Below are positions 11,899 through 24,680 of a DNA stretch of 64,000 nucleotides, in pieces. The translations under genes and the position numbers were made by a program. Under the pieces are notes generated by a model. It ran no database searches. It was not told the origin of the DNA and worked only from the letters and a program-made list of their open reading frames with translations. The stretch covers positions 830,833-894,832 of the forward strand of contig MU053376.1 in the NCBI GenBank assembly GCA_013239625.1, given 5' to 3'. The stretch's first letter is position 1. Each line of letters starts with the position of its first letter. The DNA is from Lama guanicoe. Taxonomy: Eukaryota.

Positions 11899-12803
11899 GT
11901 GAGTGCCCTGGCAGGTAAACCCATGGTCCTGCCCAGAGCTGTGAGCCTGAAAACAAGCAGGGCCTCTCTTGCCCCCCGACCCCGAGGGCAAGAAGCAGTC
12001 ACCCTGAGGGGTCGGGCGGGATGTCGGTGACCTTGCTTCTGAGGTTTGGCCTTTCTCCCGTGGTCTTTTGTGGGGACAACAACTCTGTGACACTGAGGAG
12101 CCGCTACCACTCCTACTTCTTTTAAGGTTATATCCGGGGCAGCCGCAGACACACGCGCCCCCCCCCCGACGCCCCCAGGAGAAGCAGACCATGTTCTAGT
12201 CTCTCCATTCTGGGGCTCGGTTTCATTAAGGCTGCTTTTCCTTTCAAAGCTGCCCCTCCATTTTATCATCTACACCCACCGCACAGTGGTGTAGGTAATC
12301 TGGGCCATTTTGCTTTGACTTTAGAGTTGATTACCAAACAAGGGCACAGGAGGGGCAGAGCTGGCTCCCTGATGTGTTTGGGTCGGTGGAATAGGAATTT
12401 GGGTTTGCATTCCTAGTCAGAGTTTGGGAGCGCTCGGGGGTGGAGCTGACTCTGGATTTTTAAAACATCAAAATGACTGCCTTCTCCTCCAACGAGCATA
12501 ACCCCCCAGGGGCTACTTGGGTCCCCATCACCTAGAACCATGACCCCAGCCTTGGTGGGGTGAAAATACTAAGGTCAGGGACCTGCCCCACAGAGCCATC
12601 TGGGTGGGACCCGGGGACTCGGCATTTTGTCAGGCATCCTAGGGGGGTTCTGCTGCTCGGCCAGGGCTGGGACCCACAGCTACGGAGGAGTGGTTGTGGG
12701 CCTGGGTCAGAGACTAGGGCCCCGAGATTCTGGCCTGGAGCCTGCCCTGTTACTCTTTGTCATCCCTGATGGTTCCCCCTGAACCCCCGGTGTTTGTCCG
12801 CAG

Positions 12804-13000
12804 CTTCCACTGGACTCGCAACAGCAGGTTCTTCAACATCGCCAAGGACCCCCGCGTGTCCATGAGGAGGCGGTCTGGGACCCTGGTGATCGACTTCCGC
12901 AGCGGCGGGCGGCCAGAGGAGTACGAGGGGGAGTACCAGTGCTTCGCCCGCAACAAGTTCGGCACGGCCCTGTCCAACAGGATCCGCCTGCAGGTGTCCA
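12804..13000 (+). CDS. NFASC: Ig1 second half
   Basis: ccgcag|...|gtgagt; [11 protein letters not shown]...[22 protein letters not shown], 197 nt. Confidence 0.97.
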
Positions 13001-13463
13001 GTGAGTGCGGGGCGCGGGGCCCGGATGCCCTGCTCCTGGGTCAGTGGAGGGTCACTCCAGAAGGGCCACTCCTGCCCTTGGCCAGCAGGAGGCTTGGTGC
13101 CCTGCATGTCCTGCTGCTTTTCTGCCTCTGAGCAGGGATGTATCTCTCCGACCTCAAAAAGGCTCCTGGAAAAGGAAGCTTCCAGACTAGTCTTGAACAG
13201 CTTCAACGGCCACTCCAGGCACAGCGCGGGGAAGGAGAGGAGCCTTTAAAGACGGGCATCCATTGAGACAAAAGGCCTCTCTTCTCCGGCCTCTCAGGGG
13301 CTGTGCCGTGCTTGGATTCACAGGCCTTGTCCCTCTCTCATGGCTCCCTCGTTCTCGCATTTCCTCTTCTCTTTGCCCTCCTTGCAACCTGCCTCTAACC
13401 CTGCTCCTCGCCCCAGCCCAGACACCGCCCTCATCGCATCCTCCTTTGTCTGTTTCTCCCCAG

Positions 13464-13586
13464 AATCTCCACTGTGGCCCAAGGAAAACCTAGACCCTGT
13501 CGTGGTTCAAGAAGGCGCTCCCTTGACGCTCCAGTGCAACCCCCCACCTGGACTTCCGTCCCCAGTCATCTTCTGGATGAGCAGCT
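13464..13586 (+). CDS. NFASC: Ig2 first half
   Basis: ctccccag|...|gtgagt; [41 protein letters not shown], 123 nt. Confidence 0.97.
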
Positions 13587-13699
13587 GTGAGTCTTGGGGG
13601 CCCAGTGTTTTCTTTCTATTTTAATCTTAGGGAGTGAGTGGGTGTGTTAAATGGGGAGGGGGTCTTCCCAACGCCAGAAGACCTTGACTTGTGAGAAGC

Positions 13700-13960
13700 A
13701 GGTATAAGGTGGCCATGTGGCTGAGAACATGGGCTTTGCAGAGAGAGATTTCTTGGGCTCACTTTTTAGCCTGGCTGCTATAAGCTGTGTGATTTTGAGC
13801 GAGTTACTTAACATCTCTGGGCCTCCGTTTCCTCTTCTGGAAAAAATACGGCTGATGACTGTACTTACCTAATAGAATTACTATAAGGATAAATGAGTTA
13901 ATACATCCAAAGTGCTTATAACAGGGCCAGACACACAATAACTGCTCAGTAATGTTTGTG
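13700..13960 (+). mobile_element. MIR SINE
   Basis: agctgtgtgattttgagcgagttacttaacatctctgggcctccgtttcctc...aggataaatgagttaatacat. Confidence 0.8.
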
Positions 13961-14619
13961 ATGATGAAGAAGAGCAAGAAAAAAGGAATGCGAACGAGGA
14001 GAAACTTTTTCAAAGGCTGGCTGAAGATGGGTGGATACCAGGCCTCCTCTTTCAATCTTTGGTTCATCGGGATTTACTCCAGTTCACTCTTCTTGGAGGA
14101 CAGAAGGGGGATTCAGGAAGGAAGCTTTTGCTAAAAGAGTGATGGGGAGACAGGATGTTTAGAGTAGGGGGACAGAGTACCATCATTCAGAGCTTGTCCT
14201 GGCTCAGTTTTGCACAGAAGCTCACTTAACTGCTCTGGACCACTGTTTTTTTCCTGTGTTTTCAATAAAATAAAGGGAGGGTGGTGCCTTATGAAGCTGG
14301 ATAGAGGGCTGCTATCTATCGGAGAATCTCCCTGGCTTTCTTCCTCCCTCCCTTCCTGAATGCCTTCCCTTCCTCTCCTCCCCCACCTCCTCCCCTGTCT
14401 GTCCATCCATTCATCAGTCTATAGATCCTCCTCCCTGCCTATCATCCATCATTCCATTCATCCCTGAATTCTTACTAGCCTGCTTCCAAAAGAGGCCGCT
14501 TTCAGTTGTCTTGCAAGATGGCGTATGACTTTACGCTCAATCACTGTCCCTCTCTTGCCTCATCACAATGTGTGTTTGTGGGGAAAGCCGCCTGGCCACG
14601 GGCTGGAGGCTGGTTTGTT

Positions 14620-15300
14620 AGCTGACTGTTCAGACTCCCATTTCTCGTCCATTGCATCACACTCATCACCAAGCTGTGTCCATGCTACCCGCTGAGAAAA
14701 TCTCATGACCCTCCTCTTTCCATCCTCTCTGCCGTCTCCCCAGCACGGGCCACCACCAGCTTTTCCCTGGGTTACAACATCACCTATAACTGGCCTCCCT
14801 GATCTTTCTAAAACTGTAAATCTGACTGTTTCGTTCATAGGCTCAAAGTCCTTCCTTGGCTCCTCTGTCACCTCTGACAAAGTCCAGACTCCTTTCCGGG
14901 GCACTCGGTTCCCTTCCTGATCTGGTCCCCTCCGGCTCCCCAGCCCCTCTCCGACCTCCTGCCCCTTCCCACCTTGACTCCCTGGCTCAGGCTGTGGGTT
15001 CTTACCTTTAGCACAGACTGTTCCTGCTGCTTGGAAACCTCTTAGCTCCTTTCTTTTCTGCCTGGTAAGTGTCATGCAACCTTCAAGCCTCAGCCCTAAC
15101 CCAGAATGGACGGGGCGCTCCTCCCAGCTCACCCCCTTCTCATCTAGGGTTCTCCACTCACTGCGCTGCATTCCATTTATCTGCTGTCTCTTCTGCCTGA
15201 TCAAAGGCACTCTAAGGGTAGGAACTGTCTTTCTTATTTATCTTTCTTTCCACAGCGCCCGACACGTAGTGTAGGCCTACAGTAAATCTTTGACAAATGA
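14620..15300. mobile_element. Degenerate L2 fragment
   Basis: tggcctccctgatctttctaaaactgtaaatctga...ggaactgtctttcttatt...gacacgtagtgtaggcctacagtaaatctttg. Confidence 0.55.
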
Positions 15301-16046
15301 TGTGAGAAGTTTACCAGCCCATCATTGTAAAGTTGGCACCATTAATCTTTAAGAAATGGTGACTTGAAAAACAGTCGTCAGGAAGGCAATACTTATGAGT
15401 AGTCAGCCTTATTGAGTATATTTTTACAAACCTAACCACCTGGAAACCTGGCCATTTGAGTTTACATCAGATGCAGTGCTTGCAAAAATAGAGATAATGT
15501 AGTCAGTGTTCTTAGCCACTCCCATGATGTCATGAATTCTAAAAAGCACACATTTTCACGTTTTCACATCTCTGAGACTGGAAGGTATCCTGAAATTGAT
15601 GGTATGCATTATTGATCAGTGTGCATCTTATAATTATAATTCATGATGCTTTTTTCTTTCTTGGAGATGGATGGAGGTTTGAAAAATAAAATAGGTGAAT
15701 TTGACTCCCGACATGGCGAGCATCTGAAGGACTGTGTTTCCTCCCTCTGGCCTCCGAGCCAGCCAGATCTTTTGTGGCATGAACAGGAGGTAGAAATGTG
15801 TGGTCACAGAGCCTGGACGTGGTGGGCAGGCAGGTCTGAATTGAAATCCTACTCCCCCATCACTGCTCCTGCAACCCAGATGGTGCTAAATCCTCTGCTT
15901 GAGGAGTTGAGAGGATTAAATCAAGTAATGTCACATTCCTGGCCCCCACCTGGCCCTCTGTAGGTGCTCAATTGCCAGAATTTTGATGAACTTTATTACC
16001 ATCACCATTACTGCTAACTTCCCACTGTACCTCTGCTTCCGTACAG

Positions 16047-16217
16047 CCATGGAACCCATCACCCAGGACAAGCGTGTCTCGCAGGGCCATAACGGAGACC
16101 TGTACTTCTCTAACGTGATGCTGCAGGACATGCAGACGGACTACAGCTGCAACGCCCGCTTCCACTTCACCCACACCATCCAGCAGAAGAACCCGTTCAA
16201 CCTCAAAGTCCTTACCA
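16047..16217 (+). CDS. NFASC: Ig2 second half
   Basis: gtacag|...|gtaagt; [21 protein letters not shown]...[10 protein letters not shown], 171 nt. Confidence 0.97.
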
Positions 16218-17938
16218 GTAAGTGCGGGCCCCTGCCCAGGGCCGGGAGCTGAGCCCAAGCAGCCCCGGGCACCTGGGTCTGGGAGGAGCCTCGTCCCCAA
16301 GACTGACCTAGAAATCCTTCCATTTCATTGTGCCTGAGCGACTTTGGCTGCCCTTAAGCAACATCTCTTGATTCTGCAGCCTTGCGTTAAACTCGGTCCC
16401 ACTCTAAGCCAGTGCTTCTCAAACTTTGGTGAAGTGGGAGTCATCTGGTGAACTTGGCCCCCACACCCAGGCCTAGTGCTCCCCCGCCTGATGGTCCCAG
16501 GCCATCCAGGTGTTCGGGGGACGCAGCAGAATTTGAGGAGCACTGCTGTAAGTGGACACCCGGCATCTCGCTCCCGCAGTCAGCTTGATTGTTTCTTTTA
16601 CTTCTAGTCATTGTTTGGTTATCTTTCTTTCTAGAATAAAGCTTTAATGTGGGCTATCCAAATTCGTGGGTACAGCAAAATGAATTGTATTGGAGTCTGT
16701 AGTATGTATATGCTGGACCACATGGAACTGTTCCGTTTGCAAGTTGCAGGTTTATATTTTAGCTTTATTTGTTTTCATTTTTATTCCCTGATTCTGCTTG
16801 GCTGGTACCAAAGTGAATCAGCGTTTCCTGACCTATGCTAGCGTTGGTGGCCCTCCACCCAGGAGAGAGAGGAGCTAGTCAGTTGAGAGACGCACTGCTT
16901 GCCGGGGACCAGCTTTGGCTGCAAAGTCCCCAGCCTGCTCAGGACAACTGAAAGTGGCTATGTTGGTTTGTACCGTGGATCTGTAACGTGCTTTCTGTAG
17001 AACAGCCCCCGCAGAAGTCCTTCATCTGTCTGACTCTGATGTGAAGGTTGTTTTCCATCCTGTGGACCAAGGTGGTCGTGGGGGAGGCCAGGCAGAGGGC
17101 ACCGCGTTGGGGCTGGCAGGTTCCGCAGGTCGAAGGAAAGAGGCTGAGTCCTGACCTCCCAGAGCCCACCCGAGGGTGGTTGACGATGCCCCCTGGGTGG
17201 GCACAGGAGGAGGGGGAGAGGCTTGGGGGAGCTCATCCTTCGCTCAGGACAGGTGGGCACTGACCCCTCTGCATTCTCTCCTCACCTGTCCCTGGGGGGT
17301 GGGAACCGTTGATGCTGAGAGTCAGCCCTGCCCCACACGCCGTTCTCACCACAACGTCAAGGACCATCCACAAGAAGCAGCCTCCTTCCTGTGCCTTTTC
17401 TCCTGTTGTGGGTTTTTTCTCTTTCTTTCTTTCCTTCTTTCTCTTCATGTTCTACCCTTTTCTTTGTCACTTCCTTCTTCTCTGTTTCGCCTCCCTTTTT
17501 CTTTCTCTTTTATTTCCCCATCTGTCTCATCTTTTTCTCTTTGAACCCCATGTCACCCTCCTCTGATCCTCCCCCTCCTGCCTCCACAGCTCCCCACATG
17601 CTGCTCGGAGCTGCCCGGACTCAGATAGCCACCGGGATGGCCAGCAACCCAGGGACAAGCCCCGTGTGTTCCTGGCAGGGCTGCCCAGCTTCAGCCCGCT
17701 TCCTGCCTTCTTCCTGATTTCCTTATTCTGGACCCAGGCCCAGAGAGGACCCCTGAGAAGAAAGTTGGGCTGTCCGAGGTGTCTCCCCAGGGCAGGGGTG
17801 ACTGCCTGCCAGCTGGCTGAGTGAAGGAGGACAATGTGGTCTGCCCAGGACCTCAGAGTGGCCTGAGCCAGGACAGGGCAGGCAGCATCGGGCGGTGGGA
17901 GGGGCAGGAATGTCAAGAGCAAGATGGTCCCTGGACAG

Positions 17939-18152
17939 ATTTGCAAATATTAACTACTATCTATAAAATAGATAAACAGCAAGTTTCTTCTATATAGCAC
18001 AGGGAGCTATATTCCGTATCTTGTAGCAACTATAATGAGAAATAATATGAAAATGAGTATATATATATGTATATGTATGACTGAAACATTATGCTGTACA
18101 CCAGAAATTGGCATGTTGTAAACTGACTATACTTCAATTGAAAAAAAAAAAA
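17939..18152 (+). mobile_element. Short 5'-truncated L1 3' end with poly(A) and perfect TSD
   Basis: Flanked by aagatggtccctggacag at 17921-17938 and 18153-18170; ends aactgactatacttcaattg(A)n. Confidence 0.93.
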
Positions 18153-20750
18153 AAGATGGTCCCTGGACAGCCTTTAGTGCCATCACCTGGACCCTTCTCT
18201 CCCGGCACGGGGTGATGCATAAAGTCTTCCTGCTGTTTGGGGACTGAGTCAAGCAACCCCCTGCAGTCCTGGGCAGAGGCCCTCACTGTCACACGGAGTA
18301 GAAGCAGGGAGATCGAGGTGGTACGGAGCCTTCCTCTGTGAAATTTAGTAGTTAGAGATTTCAGTAACATTGAGAAGCTGGACGTTCCAGAAACATCCTT
18401 TTCTCTACCAGAGCAGGTAAAGGATTCCGCTTCACTTCTGGGTCCATTACTCCACTGAAAACTCTTTCCCCCAAGCTGAGAAATCCCCCTGGTGATGGGA
18501 ACAGAACCCTGCCGGCTTCCTGGAGTTCTCCCAGGGGCAGCTTTGGCTGGGAGCAAGTTCTGGGCATCCGAGCCAGCCCAGAATTGGGCACAGGTGCTTA
18601 AAATAGCTCAGCTGTGCTCTCTCTACTTTCCTGCCTGGAAAGGACACAAGCTTTTTCTGAATCTTCAGAACCAGGTCTGGGGATGGGAGGCACAACAGGC
18701 CAACTGGGACAGCTTCAAAGCCTGTTCTCACCAGGGGTTTCTATCACAGTCTGCCCAGCCAGGAAGAAATAAATCTCATCACAGCCAGTTTTTGATTACC
18801 TGCATGAAAGGAAGGAGAGAAAGATGTCTAATACAAAATACTGGGCGATACCAAATCACTTTTCAATTTTGTTTTGGGATGCAGTCAAAGACGGACAGTG
18901 AAGTCAGACTGACAAAGTGCTGCCTGTCCCCCTCTGCCCAGCCCACAGTGGTTCCGGTCTCCGGTTCCGGCCCACCCCGACCCCTGCGGGACCTTCTGCC
19001 ACAAGAGGCAGCCACCGAGGAGGAGGGCTGTCCTGAGGCAGACAGTGGAACACTAACCCTGCTTCCTTCGAGTGTCTGTGTCTAAGTGACCTTCTTAGGG
19101 GAGTCAGAAAGTCTCTCTAAGTTTCTGAGATGACTGTGAGGTCAGTCCTGAGCTTGGTGGCTTCTTGAAAGAGAGAGGTTTTGATTCACCTGGTGGCCTG
19201 GGGGCAGGAAGCCAGGCTCCCTTTCCTGTGTGTGCCACGTCCTCCCCCAGGAGAGGACCGTTGCCTCCCAAGTCCAGTTGCTGCCCCCCAACCCCTTTGC
19301 CACCCTGTCTCTTCAATCCACTGCAGATCAGTTCCCACCTATAGTTCCATTTCAACACAAGCCGACTTCCCAGACACAGGCTAGGTCTTTTACAACACGC
19401 CCCATTTTAAAGCATAGTTCTGAAGAATGAAACTCCTGCTGGGTATTAAGGACATTTGGGAAGCTATGAAACTCACAATTCAAAATTCGAAATTCACAAT
19501 TCGCAATTCGCAGCAATTTGCAATGCGGGTCCCAGAACAGCTCACGTTGCTCCCAACCCCCCCCCCATGAGTTGTAACAGGATTTGATCTGCCTTCAAAT
19601 ATGCAAATATGCTGGCAGCACCTCTCCCCCGGCAGGCAGCTGGGCTTGGTCCAGGCTCTCAGGGCCGTCTGCTTGGCTTCCAGGCGGCCGTTCCGCCCCC
19701 CACCCCATGCTGGCGCTGTCAAAACTTGACTCCAGTAGCTGGAAGGGGACGGTGGTAGGAGAATGGAAAGCTACTTGAGGATGTTGGCATGATTCTGTGC
19801 CCTATTCCAAAATGTCTTTTCCACTGAGGCTTAAATGCCCACAAGTTTTAATCACCTAACATTGGAACCGAGGCCACTGATCCCGTTCCTTAAGGAATGT
19901 CTTCATCCCGAGCTAGTCTTTTAAGGCTCTGGGTCTCCAGCTCAGTCAGCAGCTTTCCATGTTCCCAGCATAGAGCCCACAGCTCACACACTCTCTCCTG
20001 CCCCAGGCTCCCCTCTTCATCCTAAAATCTGAACCTCAGCCTGGCTCCGCACGCCTCGCTGGATGGGTAGCCTCCTCAGAGGGGGGCCTTTCTGCCAACA
20101 GACACATCTCGGAGTCCAGGGCGGTGCCCACCTGGTCGGGGTGGGGAGTGCTCGTTTCTGGTCAGCACAGGATTGTGGGATGCTGCCAAACGGCCCTCTG
20201 TCCCTGTCTGTTGATGACCTGTTTCTCTGTCTTCTCCCCTCACTCCCTCCCACCCCACGCAAGTTAGCTTCCGCTCAGGTAGGGCTTGGCTTCTTCCCCA
20301 GGGCTCACTAACACTCCCTTCTCTTTAGCTACCCCAGGAGCTGGCCTGACCCAGAGGCCTAGGAACTGAGGGTTTGGTGGGGAAGGAGTTGTTCAAAAGG
20401 TTGCTGTGAGATGCCACTAATTCCTGTCTCCTTTGTCAGAAAATACAGTAGGACCAAGCAATCAAAGGTCAAACCTAATTTTTTTTTATTAAAAGTGAAA
20501 CTTATCATTGCCTTCTTTTGCAGGATTTAACCTTTTCTTTCCTTTTGGGGGGCTGTTTTGTGTTGCTTGTTCTTCACCAAGCGTATTTCCTTTCCGAATT
20601 TGCTGTGTGTTTCCTTTGCAAAAGCCCACTGGTGCTCCTCGGCTGTTCTGTGGCTTTGCATTTCTGTTGTTCTCTCCCGTTTATGCCTCCGTGACCTGTC
20701 CGTGACCTCTCCGTGGTCCCTGTTTGCTCACCCTCTTTTGTTTATTGCAG

Positions 20751-20801
20751 ACCACCCCCATAACGACTCGTCCTTAAGAAACCACCCTGACATATACAGT
20801 G
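20751..20801 (+). CDS. NFASC: 51-nt alternative Ig2-Ig3 linker exon
   Basis: tttattgcag|...|gtgagt; NHPHNDSSLRNHPDIYS, phase 1-1. Confidence 0.92.
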
Positions 20802-22729
20802 GTGAGTCGCCGTGGTGACCTGGGGAGTAACCTTGCCTGTCCTAACCCCAGTTTGCCTAACTTGACTGACACCGTGTCATTAACTCATGCTGGGGGCCAG
20901 GTCGGACAGGTGCCAGGTCAGGGCACCGAGGCTCACCAGGACGAAGGCGGCCAGTGTGGGAGTTGGAGGCAGCTCCTGTGGTGGTGTGGTCTCTTCGAAT
21001 GTGCCAGCCTCCAGCTGTGAATTCTGGACAAGTTGACCATTCCAGAGTAGGACTTTCAAAGAGCTTCTTGGAATGTTCAGGAGAAAATTAGGAATCAGTG
21101 GTGGATGGACGGAGAATCTCTGATAGAGGGGTTCCCATAGTCAGGAGGAAACAGGAAGTTGAGTTCCTGTCTGTGGTTTAAGGGATACAGAAAGCTCTGT
21201 AGTGTGTGCTTAGTGAGCTTTTACGTGTCTGGATGTGAATTGCCTGCTTTGTGCTCCAGCCTTAGTTACTGGGGTTCCCACGTCGCAGGTCCCATAACTC
21301 TTTAAAATCCATCTGGGAAAGAGGCTAAGAGGCTAGCTCTGAGTTCCCTTCCAAGGTAAGTATAAATGAAGCTGGACCATCCGCTGCAATCTGTCACCTG
21401 GGCCTCTCCTCTCCTCTGGGAGCGCACGCAAATCCAGTGCCCACCCTTCCACACATTTGCAAGCCACAGAACCATTTCCGGGAGGCATATTTCTGACTCA
21501 TCACACAACTGGTTGCCCAGACTGATGAGCAGAGTAATTGGCTGCTTCCGCACCTGCGCTACCCCCCAGCCATGGCTCAAGAATGTCGCGTTTCCCTTGA
21601 GCAGCCGGAGGAATCATCATCTGCTGCCTCCGGAGAGGCAGCTGGTCCCCGTCATCAGTTACGCCTCGGAAGCTGAGGCTGCAGGTCCCCAGGGGGGTCG
21701 TTGTGGGCTGAGATAGATGGGAAGTGTCTGTATTGTGATGTGCTAATATAAACAATGATCGGTGTCTGAAATGGGGGATGGGGAGAGGGCGTGAGAGCCG
21801 GGGAGAGAGGCTGTCCTTAACTTGGCACCAAGCAGCCAGAGCCACACTGAGATCCTGCCAAAGAGATTTACTGCCCGAGGAAGCAGGGGACCTTTGCTGG
21901 ATTCTGGGCATTGTTTGTTTTCAAAATAATGGGGCCAACCACCATTGTGTAAGAGCCCCAGAGCACTGGTGTGGAATGTTCTGCATTTTTTTAATTGGGT
22001 TCTGCGTACTGTATTATGGAAGTATTCTTAAAGCCTGAGTAGATCAGAGCCAGAAGGCTTCTCAGAGCCCATCAGGCCCATGCTCCTTGCTTTATATAAG
22101 ACAAACCATTGAGGAGGACATACAGGTAGAGTTGTTCTATCAACGATGTAAGTTCGAGTGGTTTCAGCCACTTAAACCAGTTTGTGACCAGTGGCAGCTA
22201 CTATTATAAGTGAATAGATGGGACTTACTAGGAATCAGCCAGAGCTATGCAACCAAGCAGAGCTCACAGGCTCTCACAGGAAGATCGACCTCATCTCCTC
22301 AATCCAGGGTAGCACAGAGCTGACCAAGTATGACGCCAGCTGGAAAGGACAGGAAGTCAAAGTGAGACACATGTTGAACAAAGGACAGCTAGCTTGAATG
22401 CTTCTAGAGAGAAGCAGAAAGTGAAAAGGAAGGAAAGAAGACAAGGTCCTTCCTGAGTTCAGGGAGCTGGACAGAGAGAGACAGTGTGATGAGCGACGCC
22501 CAGTGCACCTCTCAGCTTGGCTTTGAAATGTGCCACATCTCTTTTGTAACAGTAGGGCCACCCCCATAATTAGACTTTGTCCTAGTGGTTTCTCTAGTGG
22601 TTTGGTATCCCCTGAACATATGCCAGATGCCCCCAGACCTGCTAAGTAGCAGGGGGAAGCTGGTCTGAGATTGTAACTTGCCACTTAGAATTCATCCAGG
22701 CCAGGAGACAGGAAATTAAGGGATGCACT

Positions 22730-22945
22730 CTGAGGCAGACTGCCTTAAATTAAACTCAGGCTCCAGAACCTACCATTGAGTGATGCTGGGCAAGTCATTT
22801 AGTGTGTCAGAACTTTAATCACCTTATCTGCAAAATGGGTATATTCCCTGCCCCCAAAGGATTGTTGTGAAGATTAAACAGGACAGTGTGCCTGTGGTTC
22901 CTAGTATGTGTCAGACACATCATTGGTTGATAAGTGTGACCACTG
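22730..22945 (+). mobile_element. MIR SINE
   Basis: gggcaagtcatttagt...ttatctgcaaaatggg...ggattgttgtgaagattaaa. Confidence 0.7.
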
Positions 22946-24489
22946 TTGGTGTCAGAGGGGATGGTTTAGTGTTGGCTGTGTCCAGTACAAGTGTTCTTTG
23001 CTTCTGAAAATAAGAGAGGCATGGAGAACTTGAAGAGAAGCTTAGGGGAGAGAAGTAGGCACAATTATGGGAAGAGAGTACTCTGGTAGGAGAAATTTTA
23101 GAGCAGACTAGAAAAATGAAAGCTTTTCAGAATCTCAGCTGTGCTGAGAGCCAGATGAGAGAAAAGCTCCAACTGCTCCCTGAGGCACTTGGGTCAGATT
23201 TATGGCAGAGATTTCCCGGCAGTAGGAAGTATCAAATGTTACTAGACAAAGAGTTTTTCTCGTCTTCTGAGGTGGTTTGGTCAGCTGTTCCTAGAGCCAA
23301 GAGTCAGATGAGACGCCAGGGATCCAGCCCCATGAGTTCTCAGTTCTCAGAATCAGAAGCAAAGGTAGGACCCAGCCACCCCTAAAAGCTGTTTTTGGCA
23401 AAGATTTTCAGATACATCTGATTCATTGAACTCTTTTCTGCTCACATGGAGTATTGGACAGAGCAGAGCAACTCGGATTTTCAGCAGTCCTGACCTGTCC
23501 TCTTGCATGTGATAACTGGGGCATTTTTCATGGGCTCTTTAAAGCCGAAGTGGTTGAGGCAGCGGCGTCTCCCGATGTCCTCCTGCTGCCCACATTCCCC
23601 TGGCAACCCAGGAGCCCACCCTTGTACCACAGCCTGTGAGAGCAGGAGAGGATGGACTGCCCTTGGCCTCGAGGTCAGATGGGCACACATGGGAAGCTCT
23701 CCCTGAATCCCCACAGACATGAGCTTTAGCATCTGGACTCTGAGCTTGATCAGATATTAGGTCCAATTCCAGCCCTAAGATGAGGGAGTGAGAGAAGTAT
23801 CATCGAGCTGGAGAGGCTGAATCCCGCCTCTCAGATGTGGTGGGATCCTGTGATATCCTAAAAAGGTGGGACCCGAAAAGACTCTGCCATCTTCTACCCA
23901 TTCAGAGTCTCATGGAGTCATCACCTTTGTCACCACGACTCTTCCTGGGTCTGCTTCTCCAGGGAAAGAAGTTAGCTGCCCTCCCTTGGGAGCAGTGGCT
24001 CCCAAAGCCACCAGCTGGATTATCCTTTGTAAATTTTCCTGTCAGTCTGTTTCACATAAGACCACACTTCTTCACGATCTTCCCTTTGGGTCCAACCTTC
24101 TCATCCCTTAATGACGCCGTGTGTCACCCTGACTCCTCTTCAAGCTTCCAGTGGCCTTAACAATCCTGTTGAGATGCCTTTGGAGCCTCTTAATTTCCAG
24201 CCCAGCTTCTTTTTTTTTCCCATTTTGGGCTTGAGTTTATTCGATAGCCGCCAAAGAGAGATGGCATCTTAGCTGAGATGGTGAGAACAATATCCGAGGA
24301 AAACATAGTGGAAGGACTTCACCAGAGCAGCTCGTTACGACAAAAGAAAGATATATATCTTTCTTTCTTGACCTCTTTTGCCCTTCAATTTTGGTTTTCT
24401 TTGGTTTGAGTAAGAAAGATATTCCCAAAGTCAGAAGTAGGAACATCTTTCAAGGGAGAAGATACAGAATAGATGCTAGGACAGAAGCT

Positions 24490-24680
24490 TTGGCCCCAGG
24501 TGGTCCAGAATCCAAAACATAACGGGCTTGTGACCTTGGCAAGTCTGTTGACTCCACTGAGCCTCAGTTTCCTCTGTGGAGAGTGGGACTAATACAATCC
24601 AAGTTTGCTGTGGGAATTAAATGTGATGGTGATGGAGACGGAGCTGAGCCCAGCCCTTGACCCATAATGACTGCTCACCA
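24490..24680 (+). mobile_element. MIR SINE
   Basis: tgtgaccttggcaagtc...ctgagcctcagtttcctc...tgtgggaattaaatg. Confidence 0.65.

Noticed and set aside
14400..14465. YCAY-rich cluster (NOVA-like)
   Set aside because: Far from alternative exons; probably a degenerate (TCCA)n simple repeat
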